DNA of 48,937 bases from assembly GCF_001194135.2 (NCBI RefSeq), contig NC_068985.1, positions 71,006,526 to 71,055,462 on the forward strand, in the 5' to 3' direction. Below are positions 35,482-48,111 of the stretch, one piece after another. Origin of the DNA: Octopus bimaculoides (taxonomy: Eukaryota). The notes under the pieces are model-generated. The model worked only from the letters and a program-made list of their open reading frames with translations. It did no database searches and had not been told where the DNA came from. The position numbers were made by a program, and so were the translations under genes. Positions within the stretch are counted from its first letter, which is position 1, and every line of letters starts with the position of its first letter.

Positions 35482-35606
35482 GCTATAAAAAATAGTAGAT
35501 ATTGGGTTGAAAAACCTTTTGAATAGGAAAAGTTGAAGGCTGCTCACTGTTTTCTTCTATTCAAAAGAGTTTTTCAATCCAATATTTACATGTTATTATT
35601 TATAGC
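35482..35606. repeat. Isolated ~125-bp imperfect palindrome (hairpin)
   Basis: gctataaaaaatagtagatattgggttgaaaaaccttttgaatagg pairs with tctattcaaaagagtttttcaatccaatatttacatgttattatttatagc. Confidence 0.85.
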
Positions 35607-37404
35607 TGTATGTAATATACTTCAAGAAAAACTATTTCAAAAATGATTATTTCTCACAAAAATCTATAAATTTTTTATGATATCAGCGATAAATATATAT
35701 GTGTATGTGTACGCTGGCATGTGTGCATATCTCTATAAAAAGAGAGCGGAAGAAAAACATGGAAGCCGATAAACACAAGGATATTTAAATGGAATACAAG
35801 ATACAAACCAAACGTACTCCATCGTAAATGCGTTAACTCTTTCCATACTAGTAACGGTGACGTCAGCACGCCTATTCCCACCTAGAAGACTGAAGATAGT
35901 ATTGACTGTCACTGAACTATCTATAAGATGATTTGTTAGCACAGAGTACCCCAAATTGTCCATAACATGGCAATTGCTTACTCTATAATGTTGTATATAA
36001 ATGTATAGGCACTGCACTACGCACACACGTACTTTGGAAGTACGATTGGTTTTAATCGACACTACCTTGCACACCTGGGCACCACGAAACAATCTACCGC
36101 CTTGGTCGAGCGAATACCCTATAACCTGACCTGGTCCATACTTTGTAGCGGAAGACCCTACACTGCAGGTCGGCACTTTTGTCAATCATACCACACTGTA
36201 TTGTACAACAACGAGACTCTACTAAATCGACTATTTATGTGTGACGTCATAAATAATACAAATCTTACATTACATCATTCTTATATTACATAATTAGTAC
36301 AAATCTTACATCACATGATTTTCACTGTATAAACTAGCCTCTTGTCCCATAGTCTCCCCCTCCAACCTCATCTCTTATCAATACGCCTGACTCGCTTCCT
36401 TTATATCTTGCTATCTCCATTCTGATTTTTACTACTTGCCTCTCTTCTGTTCTGTACTGACTTCTTATAACTCAGAGTCTAGCACAATAGACTTTATCTA
36501 TGCTCTCTCTGATTTTCAAGTGATATCCTCAGCCTGTTGTTTTCTCTTTAACCATCCAACCTTTTTAACCATTCCTTTTCCTCCCAGAACACTTTACTTG
36601 CTCCCCAATTCTATAAACCTTTATGAACTCTATAAACCTTTATATTTGTACACACTGTTTTGGCATACGACTTTGCCATTCTTCTTCCAAAGAGGGTAAC
36701 CTGACTTAAACTAACAAATCGATTGAAATTTATTACACACACTTATGTAATCATTCGCATCTATTACGTATCAACATAGTTACGGCATAATCCATAGTGC
36801 GCCCGAAAACGGTGGCAAGTTAAGATTATTACATAACTTTGTATACTTTATTCTGTTCAGTTGAATGGTATTTAGATTGTATGATGAATTGTGAGAATGC
36901 TTTATGGATTAAATTTGCGGTTATGATTTTGTAAACAAGTGTGAATATTCTGGTGTGTCAGTTTCAGGTCATGAGATTGTCTTTAATGTTTCACAAAAAG
37001 GAAGTAGGGAAGAGGAGGAGGAGTTTTGATCAGAGGATGTGTCATCTCTGAGTTAATTTTGGTTTTATTGGATTTAACCCTACGTTTTCACAATGTAAAT
37101 TTCAAAATCCAAAGTTTAATCTTAGCATTTAAATACTTAGTAATCGGTTGTGTCAATTTTATTTGTAATGGAACATTTAAGGGTTCACAAAAGAATGTAA
37201 TTACTGTGTAATTATTACTTCGATTTTAGTGAAAGGAAATAGATTTACTACTGACTAAAATAAAAATGAATGGACCAAACAAGAACGATAATAGGAATCC
37301 CATCCAACTTCTATCGTAAATTCACTAAAGGGTGAGTGGTCACGTCCAATGTTTTTCCATAAACGCAATGGCAGTATGTGATGAACTCCGTATACAGGTG
37401 CATA

Positions 37405-37457
37405 CTCTCTCTCACTCCTCTCACTCTCTCTCTCTCACCCTCTCTCTCTCTCACACG

Positions 37458-37547
<90 letters not shown>

Positions 37548-37560
37548 CACACACACATAT
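37405..37560. repeat. (CT)n/(CA)n microsatellite
   Basis: Directly visible. Confidence 0.97.
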
Positions 37561-38152
37561 ACACATACTATATGCACATACGCACACATACTCGAAATTA
37601 TGTCTTCTAAAGTACAAACTCCCGAATGAAGATTAGCAGTCAACAAAGAATGCTTGATAAAGCAAATGAATCCATCTTGCTTTTTCTACATGTAACTATC
37701 TCCCTATCATTTAGATATCTACTTATATCTCTGGTTTGAAAATATGTAACCCTGATTATATTCGTTCATTAAATTTCTGATTAGAAAAACTTTTCTAATG
37801 TGAAAAACTCGTCATATGTTCGACATCGCACTGAGGAGCTTCAGAAACATAGATATATATATATATGAGACTGGATCTTTGATTATTTTCCATTAATTCT
37901 TTAAGAGTATTATAAGTGGGCAATAAGAAATACATTAAATATGAATTTACATTTGAAATTTAATGACGTTTGCTGCGAAGTTAATAAGTAAGAAGTAGAT
38001 GCCCCCGCTCCTAATTAGAATAAATTGGATTGAACAATACGTTGTGATAGAATGAATCCCAATCTATATTCGTCGTTCGTAAAAGGGTGACGGAGTAACC
38101 TTGTGTACCCTCTGATAAAGACCATGCAGAGAGAGATGCAATGACCAACAAC

Positions 38153-38312
<160 letters not shown>

Positions 38313-38544
38313 GCACACAAAGAGTTATGGCTGTTAAGAGAAAATGGCTTGCACACCAAAGAATTTTTGCATAAAAATTTTTAGAAAATGTTCTTCTTTC
38401 CAATTTTCCTACTCTTCCTGTAAACTTACATATTAAATAACTTTCCAAATTTTTACATTATGGTTCGAGCTTGGTGTAAGTGCTATTCTTAAAACTTATT
38501 TAGTTATTTCCTGGTATGATGTTTACTAAGTTCTCTACCATTTC

Positions 38545-39240
38545 AAATATGGCGTCATAACGTATTAGTCTAACGCAGTTCATGATGTCACAACATATTG
38601 TTCAGACTATTGCTACGTGAAATTATTATAACGTCACAATGTTTTCATGCCAAACAATTTTTTGACACCATACAAAGATGCATCTCTGCTCATATCAAAG
38701 AAGTAAGCAATCTTATACACCCTGCCCATTAACTAGAACGCCTTAAAACATAGTCCAGATTAAGCAAGACGTCTCATCAATTTTCCTTCACATTAACCTT
38801 TACGTCACATTGTATTATCTTTTCTATCTCATAGATTAAGCATGACGTCATAATGTACTGTCCATCAAGTTAATCTTGATGTCACAGTGTATTAATATCC
38901 AGCAGTGTATTGTTCCATATGTTAACCCTGACGTCACAATGTATTACTCACCGACAACTTCACCATAGTATCGCAGTGTATTGTTCTGTACATTGACCAT
39001 CATGTCACAATATTTTGTTCCCTATATCAACCATGATGTCGTAATATTTTCTTCCATTGTGACAAGACGTCACCATATATTCTTCTGTGTATCAACCATA
39101 TAATGTCAGAATGTATTGCTTAATATATTCATAATGACATCGCAATGAATTAACCAGTCCATTGACTATGTTGTCTTGTTCAGTATATGAACTATGACGT
39201 CATAATCTGTTGTTTAATATATTCATTATGACACCACAAT
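38545..39240. repeat. Degenerate ~34-bp-period minisatellite with TGACGTCA core
   Basis: Cores at 38583, 38629, 38800, 38843, 38877, 38929, 39000, 39034, 39065, 39101, 39135, 39195 and 39229. Approximate unit aaccaTGACGTCAcaatgtattgttc..tatatt. Confidence 0.85.
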
Positions 39241-39469
39241 GAAATGTCAAGCGCATAATTAATACTGGAATGTGAAAATTAGTTCCAAAGTAAAACAATA
39301 TGAATGAATTTCCGGTACAAAAAAGAACTATACGTTTGCGGAAGGCGTACAGTCAGTTGAACCAACCTTAGGATATGACCGATAGTAATTTTCTCCGTCT
39401 CAAAATAATTCTTCCTAATTTTGAAACAAAATCAGCAATTTTAGGGGAGTGCGTAAGTCGTTTGCATCC

Positions 39470-39555
39470 TCCAGTACTTGACTGGTACTTATCTTCTCGA
39501 CGCTGAAATATTGAAAGGCAAAGAGCACCTCGGTAGAACTGGAACTCAGAACGAA
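39470..39555 (-). mobile_element. Diverged SINE family B fragment
   Basis: cagtacttgactggtacttatcttctcgacgctgaaatattgaaaggcaaagagcacctcggtagaactggaactcagaacg aligns with the 46612 and 47908 copies. Confidence 0.7.
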
Positions 39556-40879
39556 ATGAATTGGGGAAAAAAATTCTTAATGCACTTTTTCCGACTCTCA
39601 AATAATTCTGCCTGCCCGCACCTTTCATCGTCTTCTCAATCCCAAATTAGTGAAAGGTAAAAGTTGACCCCTTTAATATATAAAATTATAACCTAAAACG
39701 TAATCAAATATTGAGAGGCACCAACTCTTCATACAACCAGCGTTGCAATAGTTTTCTCGCTCTATGAAATGTTTTACAATCACTATTAAAACATTTATCT
39801 GTTGGATAGTCATCAAGTGTAAGACCTTCATAATGAGACTCATTCTTATCCTAGCTATAGAAAACGACTAGATATCACACGCACATCTTGAAAATATATA
39901 AGTTACAACCAAGTATTGAACCTGTGATATGATTTTACTTCCCTAGAAACCCACCAGTGGTTCCTATTACATGAGTGTTTCATTACATTCGTTTAAATGA
40001 AGGATTTCTCCAAAATCTGTCTTCTAGTAATGTCTGCAGACATTTAAGCTGAAAAGATTTTGAACAAGCCACTGTAATATCAATGCAAGAACTAAACCGA
40101 TACTGTTGCAGTTGTCACTAATAGAGTTTCTCATTTCCATCGGCTATTATTTCCACCAATATATTCCTGTCAATAAAACAAACATTTACCTTACATCAGA
40201 CAGTAATTAAATTATAAGTAACAATAATTTGATTATCTTTAGAATGGATTCGTCTCCTGCTGAAGTGAATCCCCGCCGACGACGACATCAGCAACATCAA
40301 CACCACCATTGACACGTACAGTTACCAACGTCAGTGACACTGTCACCACTCCCATCAGAACCACCACCACCACTACAATCCACACAATCAGCATCGAAGT
40401 CAGCTCAATCACCAGTATAATTTCCTTCCCAAGCAGAAACTGATTAAATGGAATCAATTTGAGATTGACTTGCGATTAATGAGAAAATTCCATGGCAATA
40501 CTTCTGGTAATATTATATGTATTAATATGACAAAGATATTGACCTACTTCATCTTTATATCGTTTAATCCAATATCACTTTCACAAAACAAAAAACAACC
40601 TTTTCCACAAGAACTAAAGGCTAGATATATTCTCTCAGTACTTATGCTAGTCCAGATGCCTGCAATACACCAGGGGACACAATAGCAAGCACAGCGACAT
40701 TCACAAGTATAGCCAAAGAGAAAGCCACTATAATATCGTCTGACCTGTTAGAAATAGCAACCACATCTCCTTCAGATAACGACCGTCTTAGAAAAGAAAA
40801 GACAATGTAGTCCTTGATGAGATTATGTCTAGACAATTTGTTATCATTTGAGGTAAACAACCACAATAATACTATTTAT

Positions 40880-41050
40880 TTATTATTACCTTCTCGACTC
40901 ATAAGGGGCGGTTTCTCGGTTTACATGGGACACCTGTCCGTCGCAAGATTAATCATTTCCGCCAGCTGAGCAGACTGGAGCAAGGTGGAATTAAGTGTTT
41001 TGCTCAAGAACACACAACGCGTCACGCGGTCCAGGAATCAAAACCTCTAA
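40880..41050 (-). mobile_element. Diverged CORE-like SINE with (TAA)-rich tail
   Basis: Reverse reads gttcttgagcaaaacacttaattccaccttgctccagtctgctcagctggcggaaatg...tatgagtcgagaaggtaataataaat. Confidence 0.55.
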
Positions 41051-41264
41051 GTTACGCGCCTCCGCGCAAAATAATAATGTACAAGCTCCAGTTAGTATTC
41101 ATAAAAAGGATTATTATTTCTTTCAGATGAAACCATTTTTAAATATTCATATCTACACTGTTAAATTTAGTTTTCCATTTGTCATTTGGTGTCTTTTTTC
41201 CTGAATAAGAAGTTAAGTGTTATTTCAAATATTTAAAGATTTAATCTTATACACAAATATATTG

Positions 41265-42660
41265 CTGTTCGTCCGTCGGAACGACGAGGACCATCAGATC
41301 ATCCTAGAGGTGGGTGGGGAGGTCATCATCGGTGAGTGTGGAGATGGCTGATAAGCCCAATCCGCGCTTGGAAAGATCTGCTGCAGCAGGGACAGGGAAT
41401 GGTAGCAGGTGCCGGGGGCTTCAAAGCATTGTTCTTTCTGTTCTGCATGCGCTTCTCTGCAGCAGCTTTCCTGTCACTTTCATATTGGCGGGCACCGTTG
41501 TGAACAGCGGCCCGACACTTGGTCCTATCTAAAGCTGTCTGCTCCCATGATGACGGGTCAATTTTGAAGGCCTTCAGTGATAGCTTTAAGCTGTCTTTAA
41601 ACCGTTTCCTCTGGTCGCCATAGGAACGCTTGCCGTGCTGGAGCTCACCAAACAGAATCTTCTTGGGTATTCTGTAGTCTGTCATGCGGGCTACNNNNNN
41701 NNNNNNNNNNNNNNNNNNNNNNNNNNNNNNNNNNNNNNNNNNNNNNNNNNNNNNNNNNNNNNNNNNNNNNNNNNNNNNNNNNNNNNNNNNNNNNNNNNNN
41801 NNNNNNNNNNNNNNNNNNNNNNNNNNNNNNNNNNNNNNNNNNNNNNNNNNNNNNNNNNNNNNNNNNNNNNNNNNNNNNNNNNNNNNNNNNNNNNNNNNNN
41901 NNNNNNNNNNNNNNNNNNNNNNNNNNNNNNNNNNNNNNNNNNNNNNNNNNNNNNNNNNNNNNNNNNNNNNNNNNNNNNNNNNNNNNNNNNNNNNNNNNNN
42001 NNNNNNNNNNNNAGTTTCCTCAGCCTGGTGGTGTGGAAGTGATTTAGTTTTTTGGCGTGGCGTTGGTAGACGGTCCACGACTCACATCCATAGAGTAGGG
42101 TGGTGAGTACGACAGCTTTGTGGACCTTGATCTTTGTCATGGAGGTGATGCCTCTTCTGTCCCACACATTCTTGTGGAGTCTGCCGAAGGCAGCACTTGC
42201 TTTGGCGAGTCTGGTGTTGTCCTCATCGTCAATGACTACATTGCGGGAAATCGTACTGCCAAGGTAGGTGAATTTGTCAACCGCATTGTGTCTTTGCCCG
42301 TTGATGAAAATGTTGGGTTCTACATATGGTTTTCCTGGAGCTGGTTGGTGCATCACCTTGGTCTTCTTGGTACTGATTGTGAGACCAAAGTTGTCACAGT
42401 CTTCCAAGAATATGTCTACACTACGTTGCATGTTCGCCTCAGAGGTTGCGTTTAGGGCACAGTCATCGGCAAATAGAAAGTCATTGATAGTGTCTGTTGT
42501 AACTTTGGATTTTGCCTCCTGAGGTTGAAAACTGATCCATCAAATCTGTACCTGATTCCAATGCCCACATCAGCGTCTCCGAAGGCGTCCGCCAGCATTG
42601 CAAAGAACATGAAGCTGAACAGGGTAGGAACTTAAACACACCCCTGTTTCACTCCATTTG
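41265..42660 (-). mobile_element. 5'-truncated RTE/BovB-like LINE (RT to 3' UTR), spanning gap 41695-42012
   Basis: NGVKQGC, FLFADDCAL, KFTYLGSTIS, LLYGCESWTVY, RIPKKILFGEL, CPCCSRSFQARIGLISHLHTH, then a short 3' UTR. Confidence 0.94.
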
Positions 42661-43928
42661 TGATTTCAAATCTATTAACTTTAGTGTGAGACATGATAAT
42701 TAGACCTCTTATAAATTTTCTAAATTATTCCTTGTTTTCTCAGGGTAGGTACACATATCGTGTACATTTATGTTATAGTGTAGTGTATGGTAAATATATT
42801 TTGTCACCAGTATTTTATTAGCACAACCAGGAAGCTTAATTCTCAGTAACTTAGTGCACTTAGCTGGAAATGGAATGCAACAAGGTTATAGGGATCATTG
42901 CAAGAAGAATCTCCAATTTCTCAATTACTGTCGTTGTTATTGCCATCTTTTCCTATTAGTGTTCGATCCTAAATTAGTCTGATTGCCTAGACTTATGGTC
43001 AAAATCTTTCGTGCTATTATCATTCCCTCATTTTAAAACTATTTGGCACTATATTATTTAAGGCGTTTGACTTTTTATGACATAGTAGGCTTTAGTTTGT
43101 AGAGAATATGACTGCTTTTTCTTGCACGACAAGAATACAAGTTCTTTATTTGTTTGCTCTGCAATGTTCTCTTCTACAGTTTTAAAATGAAAAACCAATG
43201 CCCAAGAATGAAAGCAATGTCTATATTTTAAAATTCGGATTCAATGCCTTTATTTAAAAGCATAGCTTGCGTTCTGGAAACTTTGCGGTGTTTCATGAGC
43301 AGAAAAACATGTAAATCCTTCAATATTTGACATATCCTGTCACTAACAACAGAAAAAAAATTGGAGTATGAAACACGGAAGTATAAACTTATGGGTGTTG
43401 ACAACCACTTAAGAATTTAGATTGTAAGAAATATAAATATCTTTATGTAATATTTATAGGCTTCAGCAAGCTCTAATCGTAAACTGAAAAAATCTAAATG
43501 AAACGTCAACATTAAACATGAAATGTAACATCATCGCGAGAAGATGGGTGGGATGTGACAAATTTCTGCCAATAAATTCTTCAGAGCTTACGAAGTATAT
43601 TCACTATATGCATGAATTGTTACAAGTTTTCCATACACATGTACTATTCACCCGTTACACATATGCATTAAAGAGCTCATAAACATGAAAGCTTCATCTA
43701 GACAGCTGCCAGAATACACGAGTTAAAGTGTCTATCAAGGTCTTTGATATATGAACTTTGCTAACTTTAGTATTAAACATGTTTTACTTATCAAGCGTTT
43801 ACAACCACTAACCATCAACCATAAAGAACTTGATGATTGGCAGAAGTTTATCGTCTGATTCGAAACTGGGAGGGAATTAGCAGACATATATGTCAGCAAT
43901 AATAGTCTGAAGAGCCACTCAATATAAT

Positions 43929-44028
43929 NNNNNNNNNNNNNNNNNNNNNNNNNNNNNNNNNNNNNNNNNNNNNNNNNNNNNNNNNNNNNNNNNNNNNNNN
44001 NNNNNNNNNNNNNNNNNNNNNNNNNNNN
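43929..44028. other. Assembly gap (100 N)
   Basis: Run of N. Confidence 1.
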
Positions 44029-44205
44029 GCTAGTGTGTTTACTTCCCCGTAACTTAGCGGTTCATCAAAAGAGAAAAAATAGAATAGGTACTAGACTTAC
44101 AAAGAATAAGTCCTAGAGTAGACATCGACTAATAAACCTTTAAGGCGATGCTCCAGCATGGCAGCAGTCAAAACAGTGAAACAAGTAAAAGAATAAAAGA
44201 CAGAA
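44029..44205 (+). mobile_element. SINE family A 3' tail
   Basis: Matches 23867-24045. Confidence 0.85.
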
Positions 44206-44227
44206 AATATATATGTTTATATAGGAG

Positions 44228-44530
44228 CAGCCGTGTTTGTGTGGTAAGAAGCTTGCTTCTAAGGCAGCGAGCTGAGTCGAAAAATTACGTACCAGTTACG
44301 CTCTGGGGTCGATGTAATCCACTTAATCACTTTGTCTGTCCTTGTTTGTCCCCTCTATGTTTAGCCCCTTGTGGGCAATAAAGAAATAAGAAGCTTGCTT
44401 CCCAACCACATAGTTCCGGGTTCAGTCCCACTGCGTTGCACCTTGGGCAAGTGTCTTCTACTAGAGCCTCGGCCCGACCAAAGACTTCTGAGTGGATTTG
44501 GTACACGGAAACTGAAAGAATCCCGTCGTA
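44228..44530 (+). mobile_element. SINE family A head/core interrupted by a nested family B insertion
   Basis: gtgtggtaagaagcttgcttc|...|ccaaccacatagttccgggttcagtccc...ccttgggcaagtgtcttc...ggaaactgaaagaatcccgtcg. Confidence 0.85.
44260..44386 (+). mobile_element. Internally deleted SINE family B variant with 15-bp TSD
   Basis: taaggcagcgagctg joins agtcgaaaaattacgtaccag. Flanked by taagaagcttgcttc at 44245-44259 and 44387-44401. Confidence 0.8.
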
Positions 44531-45129
44531 TATATGTGTGTGTGTGCGTATTTATGTATGTATATATGTGTGTATATACATACATATACTTATGTACATA
44601 TGTGTATGTATGTATGTACATGCATATATATTAGACAACTATATTTATATGCATGGTATTTTTTCATGGCTTTCGCTAATTATTGTTCCATGCAAAACAG
44701 GAGAAAATGGAAATCACAGAAGTCAAGTATTCTCGACTAAATCTTTACAAAGAGTTCTTTCTATCATTTGTATTCAAATACACGTATTTCAATACCTATA
44801 TTTCACCAGCATTGCTCATAAACTTTACATTTATGCTACCGATATGAAATGTAGTGAAATATACAGGATAAGATGAAACAGAACGGAGATTAGTGAAACT
44901 TATCCTGTAGTTTACCAAACTGATGCGTTATGCAGCATTTAAAGAAATATAGTGTATGTATTTGTGTGCGTGTATGAATGCACACACAAGTACATAGAGT
45001 GAGGTAGATTGATACACACACACACGCACACACACACACACACACGCACACACACACACACACACACACATATATGAAATGAATGCCATTTCTCCCTGTT
45101 TGACATAAGAGACTATTACGTGTCCAATA

Positions 45130-46075
45130 ACCTATTGTTATAGCTGCTTTGGGCCTCACTAAAACCATAACCGCAATAAATGACACCGAAATAATGCTCT
45201 CTAGATTAAGCAAAACACTAAAGAACCATTTGGTGGCAGAGGTAAACGACCTCGTTTGTCTTAACATATTAGAAAATGTACAGAACAAATTTTCATCCGT
45301 ATCAGGTGGATATTATTGGACGACGGTCTACACCTACTAAGAAACTACATCCCACAAAAAAAAACAATAATAGATTTAAGGAGAAAGTTCACTTCTTCAA
45401 AAACTTGGTCTTTTCATTTACAATAGAGACACTATCAAAAACCTAGCAAAGAACATTTTTCTCGGACATACCTCTTTATCTTCAAATGAAAAATTACTGA
45501 ACGAAATAGCAATTCCATATAATGAAGCTCCCAATAACAGCAGTTACAAGGTAAAAGTGCAGTATGTATAGAAGAAACCCCTCACATTAAATAAAATACG
45601 TAAAAACTGGAAAAAGAAAATCATCTGGTTTAATCCCCTCTTCAAAATTCATGCTAATAGCCAAATTATTCCTCAAATACTGCAAAAATACTTCCACTCT
45701 AACCGAAAATAATACAAACTAATAAACAAACACAAACATTTTTTAAATACTGGACTTAACATTGAAACGTTGACCTTTACATTGTCAACGCAAAGGATTA
45801 GATCCAATAGAACGAAAAATAGCAAAAACTACTGACACATCCTATACCTACTAAAAGAGACATACTTAAATATTCACATCTCCTTACAAAGTTCTACGTA
45901 CATGAATAAATTCTAAACAATAACAGAATCTCAAATTTAGGCAATAAAAAATTGTCCAAAACACCTCTCCATAACAACCTACCATAAAACCTAATTACCA
46001 CTCCATTCAAACCCACACACCCGAGGAAGATAATACTTTAACAGAGGCAATATAAAGCCAAAGTTAACTTCAATG
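45130..46075 (+). mobile_element. Penelope-like element remnant (RT to start of GIY-YIG region), heavily decayed
   Basis: AEVNDLVCLNIL (cf. AEVCDLVGLYIL), decayed G.YRDDG, FTIET...NF.D, KKKIIWFNPLF (cf. RKIIWFNPPY), and IYKAKV, in the expected order. Confidence 0.68.
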
Positions 46076-46194
46076 CATTGCAACCCGGCGATGGGTTAAC
46101 TGGCCGAAATTTTGAAGTCACTGGCAATAACATTACTGTTTAATAATATGTGCGTATGTATGTATATTCAAACATTTATGAATGCAATTGTAAG

Positions 46195-46362
46195 AAATGC
46201 ATGTATGTGTATACATGTGTGTGTGTGTGTGTGTGTGTTTGTGTGTGTGTGTGCGTGTGCCTGTGCCTGGGCGTGTGCGTGCGTGCGTGCGGGTTTGTAT
46301 GTATGTATGTATGTATGTATGTTTGTATGTATGTTTGTATGTATGTTTGTATGTATGTATGC
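46195..46362. repeat. (TG)n/(TGCG)n/(TATG)n microsatellite
   Basis: Directly visible. Confidence 0.96.
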
Positions 46363-46611
46363 ATTGTTGACGTCATAATAATTTTATAAACAGAGAAAAC
46401 GCGAAATAATTCTTCTGGAGAATATTGGTTCTCTGAGTTCACCATATGTATTTAATAGAATGTATTTAATAGAAGAAGTCGAAGGCTGACCGTAGGATTC
46501 AAGCCCATATCTCCTATGGAGATGACAGATATCTATCTGTGGACCAAAGCAATCTTTCAAATTCTTCTATTCATTTTAGAAACTTTATTTATATCGAATT
46601 ACTTATACTTT

Positions 46612-46809
46612 TCTACTCTAGGCACAAGGCCCGACATTTTTGGGGGAGGGGGCCAGTCCATTAGATCGACCCCAGTCGATTAATTTATCGACCCCGAAAG
46701 GATGAAAGACAAAGTCAACCTCGGCGGAATTTGAACTCAGAACGTAAAGACAGACGAAATACCGCTAAGCATTTCACCCGGCGTGCTAACGTTTCTGCCT
46801 TCTCGCCGA
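46612..46809 (-). mobile_element. SINE family B, full-length
   Basis: Reverse complement aligns end to end with 13728-13945. Confidence 0.9.
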
Positions 46810-47179
46810 CATACAACTTATCACTTATAGCTTTATGCGATGTACATTTATGTACACTTATAGCTTTATGCGATGTACCCAAAGAAAGATAAAAAGAGCT
46901 ATTTTATGTTATCGCGAAGGATTATAAATTTCTTATGCTGCCAACAGCATACAAGGTAAGATGAAAGTTTCTAAAATTGATAGAGAAATTCGAAGGATTC
47001 ATTTGATTCAATGACGGAAAGTCTGTCTTCAAGAGACTTCGGCTCAAATCTCACAGGTAGCTTTGGACTTTAGGTGTACAAAAAAGTTTTTCAGCCCTAT
47101 GCTACTATTTATAGCTTCGTGTGATGTACTTCGTGATCCAATGCTCTCCTGGTACCCGTCATAACGTACGTTTAACTGT

Positions 47180-47440
47180 TAGTGCCATCTAATTTTATTA
47201 TTAGCTTTTGTACTTTTGGAACCTGTTAGTATGGCCCACCATTTAAACAGTAACAACCGACATCCACCAATAATTTCTTTCAAATTGTTGCAAAAACACA
47301 TTTCTGCAATTCCCATGATTTCCAGATGTAAATCATGTAGAACTTTCTTCAACAATTCATTTAATTTTGGACAATCGGTATCTAATATGAACAGATTTAA
47401 GCTATACGATTCGTGTACACTTAAAGGCTTGTAATTGTAC
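47180..47440 (-). mobile_element. Probable LINE AP-endonuclease N-terminal fragment (RTE-like)
   Basis: KLNELLKKVLHDLHLEIMGIAEM...GGCRLLL resembles the APE start (KLEEL...LNIDILGISEV...GYRLLY). Weak. Confidence 0.4.
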
Positions 47441-47907
47441 ACACCCTAATGAATGTGTCTTAGAGTAATGCTGAAGAATTAAAAGTATTACTTGCCATAC
47501 TACTTTGAAAACATAAAACAGACATTTCGAAATCCTAAGCTGGTTTGACTTTGAATTCCTTCACACTCATTCAGAAACAAACTTACATAAAATTACACCA
47601 CTTTGTCATATTTCCATTTTGTGTCTCGGAAAAACTTTGAATGAATTGGCCAAATATTGAAAACGTTCTAAAATCATGCAGGGCAGAATCTAGTGATTTT
47701 GTTTTTTCTTAGAGTTCCACTCCTTCATAAACATGTATGCATAAAAGATTCTGATATTCTAGAATTGTCGAAATCTTCGAAATAATTAGAAAACGCTACG
47801 TGGAAGAGGCGATCAGAGTGATTTCGTCTTTTTTTAGTAATATTTTCATTTAGTCTATAAAAAGGATCAGTTTCTATAGCCTCCATGGGCCCACCAAGAC
47901 CGGTGAA

Positions 47908-48111
47908 ATTCTGGCACAAGGCTAGCAAGCTCGTAGGAGGGGATATGTTGATTATTTCAACCCCAGGGTTCAAATGATACTTTTTTATCGACCCAGAAAG
48001 GATAAAAAGTAAAGTCGACCTCGCCGGAATTTGATCTCAGAACGTAAAGACGGACGAAATGCCGATAAGCATTTTTCCCGGCGTGCTAACGACTCTGCTA
48101 GGTCACCACCT
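47908..48111 (-). mobile_element. SINE family B, full-length, diverged
   Basis: ttatcgacccagaaaggataaaaagtaaagtcgacctcgccggaatttgatctcagaacgtaaagacggacgaaatgcc...cccggcgtgctaacg. Confidence 0.88.

Noticed and set aside
38545-39240. CRISPR-like periodicity
   Set aside because: The context is eukaryotic, inter-core sequences are homologous to each other, and there are no cas genes; it is a minisatellite.
40240-40445. ctttag acceptor followed by MDSSPAEVNPRRRRHQQHQHHH* and a Thr/His-rich frame
   Set aside because: All frames stop early after the acceptor, and the sequence looks like a decayed CAN trinucleotide tract.
43000-43500. Minus-strand frame EENIAEQTNKELVFLSCKKKQSYSLQTKAYYVHKK with nearby AG acceptors
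   Set aside because: AT-rich, short and unrecognised; expected by chance.
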